Source: Elsinoe ampelina
Taxonomy: Eukaryota
Assembly (NCBI GenBank): GCA_010093995.1
Contig: ML992503.1
Location: 242,984-280,494 of the forward strand
Direction: 5' to 3'
DNA length: 37,511 bases
Shown here: positions 10,922-22,393 of the stretch, piece by piece
Layout: every line of letters begins with the position of its first letter
How positions within the stretch are numbered: the stretch's first letter is position 1
The notes under the pieces: model-generated
What the model saw: the letters and a program-made list of their open reading frames with translations, nothing else
What the model was told of the DNA's origin: nothing
Databases searched by the model: none
Program-made: the position numbers and the translations under genes

Positions 10922-13900
10922 ATCGGCGTAGAATATAGAGTAGATTTATTATAGCGTAGCTAGTAGATCTAGCTTATATACTAATAGTAACTACTTCTCG
11001 AGGATCTTATATAGACTAACGTGTTTTAGTAGTAGCTTTAGATTGCTATATAGCTAGAGGTTCTTTATCGATAACTATACTAAATCGCCTACCTTAAACT
11101 CTATCGGCTAGTAGTGCTTATTAGCTTATTCTACTATACGCGATTAGGCAATAGCAAGGTTAGCTTTAGTAATAACTAGCGCTTCTTTTAGTTGTTTAGT
11201 AAGTGTATAGATGTCGACCTTATTTAGCTTAGCTCTTGTTAATAGTGCGTTAAAAGGGAGTTAGAAGCTTAGCCTTAGCTTATATCCTCTAGTAACCTTA
11301 AATAGTAATAGCTTAGTACTCTCTAATAGGTTAACGTTAGTAGAGAACTCTATAACTAGTAGAATAAGAGTCTAATTACTAAAGCGTATAGCGTATAAAT
11401 AAATAACTTACTCGAACTTACAATTTATAACTTCTAATTAGCTGTCTATCTATAGATGCCCTATAGTAGATAGTTTAGTAGTAATCTTTAGGATTTAGTA
11501 GAGCCTCTTCTATACGTCGCTAACGAACTAAGAGCTATAATCTAAGGTAATACTATCTAGTAGGCTATATAGTTTCTACACATAGAAGAATAATAGCTTA
11601 GCTATCTTAAATATAGAGGTTCCTTCTTCTCCCTAGAAGTAAGGGATTAAGTGTTGTTCCTTAGACAAGTAATTGACAATATATAGTACTACGTTATAGC
11701 TATCTACTAGAGGTAGGCTAGTAACGAAGTCTATAGTAATGTATTACTAGGGCCTAACCGGAATAGGTAATAGTAATAGAGGGCTAGCTAGTAAGCTATA
11801 GCGAGCCTTTAAGCGCTTATAGTTATAATAGTTAGCGATAAACCTCTTAACATTAGAATTACACCCGGGGATATAGAAAGTAGACTTAATTATAGTAGCC
11901 GTCTTAGTAGCTCCTCCGTGTATGTAATTCTTTAATATATAAACTTCTTAGATAACTTTTGTAGCTATAGAGAAAGGCATAATTAATCGGCTAGTAGCGT
12001 ATAGTATTCCCTTCTTAATTATAACATTAGTCGATAGTAACTATTTTCTCTTTAGGAAGGCTTCTATTATATAGTAGACACTATAAACTGTCTCGAAGTT
12101 AGAGTCTTATAAGTTAGCTTTAGCTACTTCGTCGAAAAGGAGTAAAGGCTCTTCTATAGCGGAGATAGGTACTATATAGATACCTAGCTCGCGAGCCGAA
12201 ATAGGCAGCGAAATAGGTGCTAAACTAGATCTTAGTTTAGCCTAGATTAGTAATTTAGCTCGGATACGACCTAGATTTAGTTCGTTAATAATATGCTAAT
12301 CTAGCACTTTATATAGTAATAGCGTCTAGCGTAGATTAGAGTCTTCTTTCGAACGTAGTACGTCTCTATTTCTTCTTATAAGTGTGTTAGTCTTACTATT
12401 AGCGGCGCTAGACCTATATATAATCTTAAAGTTAAACTACGTAAGGTAGAGGGCCTAGCGCACTTAGTAGCGTAATAGCTTCTAAGTCTTTATAAAATGC
12501 ATTAAGGATTAGTAGTTAGTAAGGACGTAAATAGCCTTATCGGATTAAGTACTTATAAGCTTAGAGGCCTATTCCTTAAAGGCTTAAACGATTACTAATA
12601 GCTCCTTATTATAGATTACGTAGTTATGTTCGGCTTTGCTTATAGATTTACTAAAGAAGGTAACAGGCTAGAGAACGTCGGAATTGTTATATTACAATAG
12701 AATTCTAGTAGTAGTAGTATCGGAGGCGTCGGTCTTAATAACTACTTACTTCGAGTAATTAAAGTACGCTAAGATAGAGGCACTTATAATAGTATACTTT
12801 ATGTAGTTAAACGTAGTAGTATACTTATTATTTTATAGCGTAGCGTCCTTCTTAAGTAGGTCGTTTAATAGCTTAGCGATAGTACTAAATCCCTTAATAA
12901 AGTAGTAATAGTAGCTATAGAAACTAATAAAGCTTCTTATCTAAGTAGTATTACTAGGGGCTAGTTGTTTCTAGGCTTATATAGCTTTAACCTTCTTTAG
13001 ATCTATCTTAACTCTATCTCGACTAATAATAATACTAAGATACTTTACTTCTGTTAGGTAGAACTTGCTCTTCTTAATATTAGTATTTAGGTCTAAATTG
13101 TAGAGACGTTAGAGTACTAGCTTAATATACTTAGCGTACTCTTAGCAAGTGCCGTCGGTATAGATAAGAATATTATTAAGATAGATTAACACGAAGCGCT
13201 TAAGCATGTTAACAAAGTTATAATTTATAAACCTCTACTATACTATAGAAGCGTTAGTAAGGCCGAATAGCATTACTAACTACTTAAAGTTACCTATACG
13301 TATAGAGAACATAGTAAGGTCTTTACTATCGATAGAGTTATAGAGGTAGTAGAAGGCTTAATAGATATTAATCTTACTAAACTATTTAGCTTTACTTACG
13401 CGCGTAAGTGTTTCTTTAATAAGAAGTAAAGGATAGATATCTCGCTTAGTTACCTCGTTAAGGCTATAGTAATCGATGTAAAGGCGAAGTTCGCCGCTAG
13501 ACTTATAAACAAAGAGAATAAGCAAGGAATAGCTAGCTAAGCTTAGCGTAATAAAGCCTTTATTAAGGTGCTTATAGATAAATAGCTCTACTATATTAAG
13601 CTCCTCTAGTAATAGGCAGCGAAGAGGTTTAGTACGTAGTAGTTTAGCTCTATTCTTAAGTGTAATTTAATTGTTAAAATCTAGCCGATATAGAGGAAGC
13701 ATATTAGATTACTCTTTAGAGAAGACGTTAGTAAACTTCTATAGCTCTTCTAGGAGAACTACTATAGGGTCTAGTTCTAGCTCGGAAGCTATCTAGTAGT
13801 AGTTCTCGATATTCTTTACTAAGATTATAAACACCTTATTCTTTTAGTATTTAGCTACTAATACAAAGGTAGCGGCGCTAATAAAAGCAATAGTTAGCTC

Positions 13901-16375
13901 TTCTTACTTAGTGTTACTTACGTAGGTAGGTACGTAGGAGAACTTATATATTAGCTAAGTACTATAAGAGATTAGGTTAAACTCTCTCTAATTTAGCTTA
14001 AAGTTCGACCTAAGAGCTAGTAGTCGATATAGTCTAGTTTATCCTATCTTAGCGGCTAAGCTAGAACCTAGTTCGTAAGTTAAATTAGAACTAAACTAGT
14101 TCCGAACTAGAGTAGTAGCTTTACCGAGCTAGATTTCTAGATCTAAGCTAGGCTTAGATCTAGATTCTAGTCTTTTAATTAGCTACGGTAGCTCCTACTT
14201 AATAACTGTCGGTAAAAACTCTTCTTTGTATATAACTTAGCTATGCTTATAGTCGATAGTAGCCCTATTAGCCTTAAGCTATCTAAGGCTAAGGATAATA
14301 TTAAATCGGCTAATATCTATAATACGGAAGGTAGTAAAGTTGTTTAGCTTACTAGAAATAGTAGTAGTAAGAGAGACGCTATAAGTAACTTATTCTATCG
14401 GAACACTATTATAAGTCTAAAGCTAAATAGAGCTAGCTAGTGCCACCGGACAGCTAAAACTCTTTAGCTTATTAAGAATATTATAGTTAACTATAGCGCC
14501 GATAAGCGCGCTAGTATCGATAAAGACTTAAAGTGCAATAGTACAAGAGTAGTTATAGAGGTTATAAATAGTAATAAGAGTTATAATAGCGAGGATATAG
14601 TAGCTAACGACGCTATTTAATAACTATATACCTCCGGATCTATCTCGAATTACTCTTATTCTACTAGAGAATAGAACTTGTTCTCTAGCTACTTATTTCT
14701 CTAGCTAGATAGGCTAGTAGACTTATAATCTATTTCGAGGTTAAACTAAGACTAAACTAGATCTAGTTCGTAAGCCGAACTAGTATTAACTTAGTTACTT
14801 AATTCGGCTAAGCGATCCTAGAGCTATTATATCTCTTCTACGGCACTAATACGTATAGGACGTAAAGCGGCGTAAGTAGCCTTCTCTAAGGCGCTAGCTA
14901 TATACTTAGTAGAGATATAGCTAGGCTTACTACATATATAATAGGTAAGTATTAGAGCTAGACGAAAGAGCTATAGGGCTCCTCTAGTAATAGAGCAAAA
15001 GGTAGCTAGAGTAGTAAGCGCGGAAGTAGAATAAGACACACAGATTAGTACTATAGTAACGTAGCTTATAGCTAGGCTAGAGTATAAGGCCTAAGTACGC
15101 TTAGTAATAAGGTTGCTCTATTAAATATTATAGTTAGTAGCGTAGGCCTTTATAATAAAGGTAGAGAGGTTATTAGTATTAAAGTTAATAAGAGTAACGC
15201 GTAGTTTATTAGATATCTTCTAACATAACTAGTAGAGCTATTTATCCTTAGCAATCTTAGCGCGAAGAGCGTACTTATTAAATTCGCTAATAAAGGAGTT
15301 AAAAGAGGTATTACGCTAGAAGAGGCTAGTAAACTAGGCGCGCGTAGTAGCCTTATAGTTAGGGTCTTCGAAGCGCTAAGCTAAGATACTAAGGGTAGCT
15401 TTAACGTTAAGGGTGTTATTACCGGCAAAGTCTATAATAAGAGTATATACTTCGCTAGAAAGGTGCGAGTAGAGATAGGTAAACTAGGTTACCTCGGTAG
15501 AGAAATAGTTAGTATTAGTACGTATCTTGTTCTTTATTTAGTGCTTAAAAACCTTAAACTGTTCTAGAGTGCCACTAGAGAAGATAGCGAGGTCTAGTAT
15601 CTTTTTAGACAATATAGTACCGTATATAGAGGGAGCTAGTATAGTACGTTCTATCTTAGCTCTTAGCTAGGCTAGTTTAGCCTTAAGTTTGCTAATGTCT
15701 ATAAGGTAGCGCGTAGTTTAGATAGTAAGATTATTAGTAGTACTATTAGTAGTATCTAGTTCTATTAGAGCGTTATCTAACTAGTTACGTAGGTTAAGAG
15801 TGTTAGCATATACTAAGTTATATACGGTAACCTATCCATCGTAGGTAGACTTAATAAAGGTAAAGGCCTTATATAGAGTAGTTATCCTATCTATCTCTTA
15901 TAGCCTCTTCTTAAGGTTAGTGTTACTAAGGCAGATAAGGTCGTAATAGGCTAACTAGACTAGTTCGTTATTGTTGTTAGCGGGGGGTAAAGAGATCTTA
16001 CTTACGTAGCAATTATCTTCGCTATAGTTAGAGTAAGCTATGCTCGGCGTAGTTAGTTATAAATAAAATAGTGTAAAAAGTCAACGCGTAACAAAGGAGA
16101 TATTAAAAATTTTTAGCCGGCGGCCTACTTTCTTTAAGAGTTGTCTATAACTCGACTTATTACCTTCTTCTTATATCTTCGAAGTTTGTAGTATTAACCT
16201 ATATAGTAGTAGTAAGGATCTATTATAGTGTACGTAGGAACTATAGTTATAATAGCTTCTTCTTTAATTCTTTAATTCTTCGTAAGTAATAGTTAGTAGT
16301 TATATAAGTAGTAGAATAACTAGATAATTTAATAGCTCCGTTGCTTAGTTATAGTTGTTCGAAGTCTCGATATAG

Positions 16376-16579
16376 TAATTACAACTAGCAAGACAAGGGA
16401 GTTAATTACGTCTATTCGTTAAAATATCGAGACTTAGAAGAAGAAGAAGAAAAGCTAGTATATAAAGCATATATAATATCGAGAGCGAAGTAGCTAAAAG
16501 CTTAGGCTATAATACTAAGATTACATAACTAATCTAAACTATATCCTAACTAAATCTAGTTCGTATCTATCTCGCATTA
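16376..16579 (-). repeat. 5' LTR of Gypsy B copy 1
   Basis: Matches the other four family-B LTRs. Confidence 0.95.
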
Positions 16580-19496
16580 TATTCTCCTTGTAATTGCTTA
16601 GAATAAAGTTACTCTCTTAAGAAGGTAGCTTAAGTAGGTTATCTACCTTGTCTATAGTAGTATCTTTATAACTACTATTAATAGTATCTTAATAACTACT
16701 AGTAATAATATTACTACTTAACAAAGAGAGACTTATTATAAGCTTTATAATAATAAGCTACTAGATAGTTTATATAGTAAGCTAGTGTCTTCTATTACTA
16801 ATAATATTCTTTACTATATTAAAGACATATTCGACACCTACGCTAGCTATTAGTATAGCAAGGATATTATAAGTAACTTTAGTAAGCTATAGAAACTTCT
16901 TCTTATTAGTCTTCTACTAATTAAGCAACTTAAATTTAGTCCCTAGTTAAATTCGAATAGGAGAGATACTAAGGTAATTCTTACTCTCTTAATATATAGT
17001 TTATTTCTCCTTCTCTTATTTTAGAGATATAGACTCTATACTAGATTAGAAGCTAAAGCTAGTCTACGGGGAGGTAATCTATATAGGTACTCGAGGTCGA
17101 CGGAACTAATCCTCTTTATTATTAGACAAGATTATAGCGTTAAGAGTTTTAGGTTAACTTAATAGTAATTTACTATTATAATAACTAAGGTAGTTAAGGA
17201 ACTACTCGCGATACTTCCCCTTATTAGTTTTAGCCTAGGTCTCGTCCTATATTACTATTAGCTTTACTATAATAATATATCTATAAGCTATAAACCTCGT
17301 AGGGAGTTAGCTTTTATAAAGGGTCAAGAATAGTGCTATAATTAAAGAGGTAACTTCTCTTATTATTAGTGTAAGAATAGTACTTTAATAGTTTATCTTA
17401 ACTATATTATACTACCCTTTTAACTACTATAGGCTAACGCTCCTTATTATTCTTCTTCTCGCCTATAATACTATTCTTAATTATATTAAGAAAGTCGAAT
17501 AGTTAATTATATATTATCTAGATATATAAGATCTATAGGCGGCTAATAGTACTTAGAGAGGTAGTTACTTCCTTAAAGTTCTTAAGTATTTTTATAACTA
17601 GCTTAAGGTAATTCTATTCTATACTATTAAGATAAAGATACTTAAGATTCTTATAGTCTAGATTACTAGTGTTATTACTAACTAAGTTAGATCTAGCACT
17701 AGTAGAGCCTTTTAGTATAATTTCCTACTTAAGCTATTTATTAATAAATAGCCTAAGCTCGAGACTATACTTATATATATTAAAGGTTAAGTTCTACTAC
17801 GTCTTAATATCTTAAATAATAACCTTACGCTCTCGAGGCGTTATAGTTTATTAGAGGTTAATAAACCTCTTAAACCGTTAAGGTAATTAGTTAATAGTAA
17901 TATAAGTTACACGAAGCTAGTAATTTATTAGACTATAATTAGAAATTGTAATTAGAAAGCTAATCTTCCGAAGCGAGTTTAGTACTAAGAGTTTAGTAGA
18001 GATATCTTTTAAGTGCTATCTTTTAAGCCTAGTAGCCTACTCTTCTTCCTTAGTAGTCTAAAGGTTAAGGTGCTTAATAATGTCTTATATAACTAGGTTA
18101 ATAATATATATAAGGCATAGAATAGTATTCTCTTATAAGTTCTATATAATACCTATCTATCTTAGAAGCTTATATATAGTCTTATATAACATATAATTGT
18201 TACTTACATTATCTATAGTAATTGCTAGAAGCTAGTTCTAGAGATTATACTACCGGAGTACCTATATAAGCTTAGTAGCTATATTCTGCCCTATATATTA
18301 ACTACGAAGTAGTACTATATCTAATAGTTGTTCCCGGAGATACTATTAGTTATTAATATAATAAGCTTTAATTGTAATAAAGCCTAAGTAGTTGTTAGTA
18401 GACTAGCTATTAAGTGTAATTAAAATCTTTATAGTCTTATTAAGATTCTATAATAAGCTTTTATAGAGAGTCTTAAATTTGTTAATAAAGAGTATAGCGA
18501 AATAACTACGGCTTAGTATAAGTACTCTCGGGTATAAGAACTATATAAACTATTAAAATAATAGTCGCTTAATAGTGTAGAAGGACTAATTATAGTTAAT
18601 AACTGTTTAAATAAGCTCTAATTAGAAGTAAGTAACTAAATATAATAGAACGTTTTTCTAATCGATTACTAGATAAGCTCGAAGTTATATAAGTACTCGG
18701 ACTACTAGTACTTTCTTATAGACTAGTCTTGTTACTTTCCTACAAAAATTTAACTCTCTGTATTTACTTATTACATTAGTACTATTCTTTCCTAGCGTAG
18801 AGTAGGTAAGAGCATTACTATACTATAGGTAGTAAATATATAGACGACTATCTAATACCTATATAGCTTCTCTAAAATATCTCTATACTTGTCTAGTTCT
18901 TAGTTTTAAGTTCTAGTATAGTATATAGAACTCCTTAGAGTAACTATAGCAAGATACCTAAAGTATTAAGTTCTACTATATTAAGAAGCTTTAGAGGTCT
19001 ATTTGTTCGTTAGGATATACTAAGGGATTAAGCGTTAGACACTTTAGAAGATACTATTATATAGGCTAACTACCCTTATTGCATTATTATATAGTAAAAC
19101 AATAATTAAGCAAATCTTAAGAGATAGAGATTACTATAACTAATAGAGTTAATAGAAGATATAGTTATAGATCGATTAGATCGTTAAAGTCTACTATAGT
19201 AGAGTAGAGGTTATATAGTATTATAGATAGTATAGGTGTTTATAATGTTATACTTATTTAGCTATATAATTTTAAATAATAGATTTGTTTTTAGACTATT
19301 AGAAAGTCTTCTCTACTATTACTTTACATAAGGCATTTTAAAACGCGCTAGTAGCCCCTATATAATTACAAATATTAATTATAACTAATATTTTTAATTC
19401 TAACCTTTAAAGTATATAATAAATAGAAAGGATTAAAGTATTATTATATTATATTATTATAGTAAAGAAATTTATTACTCTCTCTATACTATTTCC

Positions 19497-20049
19497 CTAG
19501 TATAAAGTACTACCTAAAGCTCTAACTCTTAATATATTACCGACCTAGAACTTCTTATAGTAGCGCTTAGCAAGGCTAGAGTCCTTAGCCTAGATAGTAA
19601 TATACTTAGTATAGATAGTATTAAGGTTTATATCTATATATAGTGTTAATAGAGAATTTAACATATATTAGATAAGTATATACCTTCTATATATCTAATA
19701 ATAAATGCCTCTACTAATTCCTAGAGAGCTCTAATTATACTAGTCTAGAAGTAAAGGTTAGACTTAAAGTTCTAAGTAATCTTATAGATAAGGCAAGAAA
19801 AGAGAAGCTTATAGAATAATAGAGTAATCTCTTTCTAGTAGCAACAAATCTCTTAGAGAGCGATAGCTAGCTTCTATTAGTTCTATACTATAATTAAAGA
19901 CTATAATAATTACTACTAGGCTTATATCTATACTTCTTTCTAGGCTTAGCTCTAGATTATAGTATCTTCTTTATAGTAGGTTACTTCCCTTTATAACCTC
20001 TTTCTCTAGGACTAGTAGTAGCTTAAGGACAATTCTTAGTACGTACTAT
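19497..20049 (-). pseudogene. Histone H3-like gene, copy 2 (exons 19914-20049, 19684-19866, 19497-19633; ~151 aa), RIP-inactivated
   Basis: De-RIP reading MARTKN...[54 protein letters not shown].EAF.....E/D.NL.AIHAKRVTIQAKD..LAKR, a clear H3 histone fold. Introns are 47 and 50 nt, GT..AG. The stop position is uncertain. Confidence 0.92.
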
Positions 20050-20109
20050 AGTAAAATAAGAGGTTATTTATGTATAGCTAAGGAGTTAAAGTTTATATAT
20101 AAAATTTTA

Positions 20110-20280
20110 ATATATGTAAAATAGTAAAAAGAGAAGGCTAGAGTAAGAAATATAAAACCTATTATTAGATATGCTATTTACTATTAATAATAAGAATAAT
20201 AGGAGAATAATAAATAACTTATATAATAATAGCTTTCTTGTTTCTTACTCTAGCTTCCCTTTTTATTATTTTATATATTT
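20110..20280. repeat. ~40-bp imperfect inverted repeat in the H3L/ORF3 divergent intergenic region (also at ~9343-9513)
   Basis: TATATGTAAAATAGTAAAAAGAGAAGGCTAGAGTAAGAAA (20111-20150) pairs with TTTCTTACTCTAGCTTCCCTTTTTATTATTTTATATA (20241-20277). Confidence 0.8.
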
Positions 20281-20388
20281 ATAAATTGTAATTTCTAACT
20301 CTAACTTTACCTTTATACCTTTATCTCTTTTACTTACCTTATATATAATTTATATACTATAAATACTCTTTTTATTATATTTAATTAA

Positions 20389-21657
20389 ATGTCTATACCT
20401 ATAGAAGATATTAAGATAAAGTAGAAAGAGTAGGTAGTAATTAAGTAAGAAGAAGACTCTAGAGAGAATATTCTAAGAGAATTATTAGGGGTATTAATTA
20501 TAGTTTCTTATTACATATAGTTACTAATAATGCTAGAGGTTTAATTCTAAGCAGTAGAAAATTAAATACTAGATCTCTTAGCGTAGTGCTAGTTAAACTA
20601 GAAAGAGCTATAAGACTAGATTTGTCGCTAGATACTCTAGACCTCTAAGTTAAAGCGCTTATGCTATTAAGTAGAGAGATTATACTTCTTAGCGTATATA
20701 TAAGGAGTAAGCTCTAGCTACTACTTATATAGTAGATTATAAAGTAGTTAGTACTTTACGTAACAAGATTAAGATAGAGAATAGATAGGACTAGCTCTCT
20801 ACTAATAAGTAGAATATTAAAATTAATAATGCTATTAATAATATAGAGGAGAAATACTTTAATAAGTAGAGAAGTAGTAAGTCTATTATTATAGTATACT
20901 ATTATAGTAGTACTAATTGTTATAGGCGAGTAGCTCGAATTTATATTTATATAGACCTATAAGAAATAGGCTAGTATTAGAAAGACTCTATAAAAGTAAG
21001 AGTATAACAAGATTATTAAGCGTATCTAAGATAATATAGTAGCAAATTAGTAAGGCGAATAATAGCTAATATAAGCCTATACGTATATCTATAGTACTAG
21101 TAGTATTATTAAGAAGCTATAGCGCTAGATTTACTAGGATAGCTATATAAGCCTTATTACTAACGATACTAACAATAAATAGACATATAAGATTTTTTTT
21201 AAGTAGCTTAAAGAGCTCTCTCCTATAGAATTAGTAGTATTATAGAATCCTAACTAGTAGTAAGTTTATTATAGTCTTTAATTATAGTATATTCTAACAA
21301 TTATATAGGCTAGTTATTTCTCTATCTCCTAAGTATAAATATATCTCCGAGCTTAAACTCTATAGTACTAGGCTATACTATAAAGGAGACAATAATAATA
21401 AGTATAAGAAGAAGGTTAAGAAGAATAAGAATAAGATTAAAAGAATATTAGATAAGGAAGCTAGTAGTAATAAGGATTATTATTTAGGTATTAAAGTTAA
21501 AGATAAGTCGGATAGTAAGGATAAGAATAATAAGATTATAAAGTACTTTAAGCTTAAGACTAATAGTAATAACAATAATAAGGATAAGAATAAGAATAAG
21601 AATATAAAGAATAAGAATACTACTAAGGTTAAGGATAAAGAGATATCTAATGCCTAG
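20389..21657 (+). pseudogene. ORF3: 4-exon gene of unknown function (~374 aa) with a long Asp/Glu-rich C-terminus, RIP-inactivated
   Basis: Intact ATG at 20389. Introns 20491-20536, 20877-20925 and 21260-21308 are all GT..CTAAY..AG, and splicing them keeps one frame to TAG at 21655-21657. In 21385-21654, GAT/AAT/AAG/GAA codons revert to D/E runs. Confidence 0.72.
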
Positions 21658-22393
21658 ATATAATAGAGATTAAAAGTATAATTCTATAAGTAGTAGTATT
21701 AGAGAATATAGTTTATAATTAGAATCTATTATTAGTAATTATACTTTGTTATTTTGTATATTACTAATAACCTATAGAGTGTAAAATTTATAACTCTACT
21801 CTAACCTACCCCTTAGCTTAGCTAACTCTAACTCTACCTACTCTCGCGAGAGTTAGCTAAGCCTAGAGGTAGGTTAGAGTAGAGGTAAGTTACCTAGAGA
21901 AAATTCTAACTCTACTCTACTCTATAACTACTCTAATTATAGATATAATTAGTTACTCTAGAATCTAGTATCTATAAGCTTAAGATGTTAGTAGTAGCTA
22001 AGATAAATACTAAGTGTAATCTAATAGTAATAGCTATATTAATTAACACTAGTAGAGTTAATTCCTTTTAATATTATACTTCTTTAGTAATAAAAGCCTT
22101 AATTCTCTCTTTAAGAGTCTTATTATTTAGCCTTTATTTAACCTCCTTTATAGTCTACTAGTTTAGTGTCTATCCTTCTAGCCTTAGATACTTATTTAAG
22201 TAATAGTACTTAATCTACTTATACCAGCCTTAGTATATATATTTAAGCTCCCTAGAGAAACTAGGTTTCTTATAAAGAATATTCTTAGTAGCTATAGAGA
22301 AGGCTATAGCTCCCTTACTAGCCTTTATAGTACTATATAGCTTATAGAGTTTATAAAACTGTCTAAACTTAGTAATTAGTTTAAGTATAGTTA

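Larger units (their letters stand above)
10191..16579 (-). mobile_element. Ty3/Gypsy chromovirus family B, copy 1, full length, inserted in the 3' end of the hAT transposase
   Basis: LTRs 16376-16579 (5') and 10191-10394 (3'); TSD TATTC at 10186-10190 and 16580-16584. Reverse complement of 27209-33386. gag 14689-16041, pol ~10450-14700. Confidence 0.96.
10079..19197 (-). pseudogene. hAT transposase relic (16580-19197, plus C-terminal tail 10079-10190 beyond the Gypsy insertion; probable intron 17917-17964)
   Basis: De-RIP motifs: BED finger VWRHF..C..C...L.H.....GT....KH ~18760-18890; LDSWS ~18400-18415; TTDNASNN ~18197-18220; CLAHVINL ~18093-18117; DVKTRWNST ~17785-17812; dimerisation domain LLDWWK.NE.KFP.LAKVA.DILA.P..SVGVERVF ~16820-16930; C-terminal PPAKRTR. 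Confidence 0.93.
9803..21935 (-). mobile_element. hAT-superfamily DNA transposon (~5.7 kb after removing the nested Gypsy) carrying transposase, H3-like gene and ORF3
   Basis: Terminal inverted repeats TAGAGTAGTTA (9803) and TAACTACTCTA (21935), likely pre-RIP CAGAGTGGTTG. Subterminal short repeats at both ends and an internal hAT transposase. No matching 8-bp TSD, so the unit may be chimeric. Confidence 0.8.

Noticed and set aside
19497..20049. Host canonical H3 or the true CenH3 locus
   Set aside because: It lies inside a transposon, is duplicated and RIP-destroyed, has no adjacent H4, and has a divergent tail. Copy 2 has an H3-type loop 1.
21245..21330. NPN-WW-like stretch suggesting a second hAT dimerisation domain on the + strand
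   Set aside because: No downstream LA.P.S...ER.FS motif; it falls at an ORF3 exon/intron junction. The real domain is at ~16820-16930 (-).
21385..21654. AATAAG-type microsatellite
   Set aside because: Better explained as RIP-converted GAT/GAG codons of the ORF3 acidic tail.
21790..21935. CTAACTCTA/CTACTCTA repeats (also 3140-3260 and 9803-9960) resembling telomeric or CRISPR-like repeats
   Set aside because: They are irregular, confined next to TIRs, and neither (CCCTAA)n nor repeat-spacer; best read as hAT subterminal repeats.
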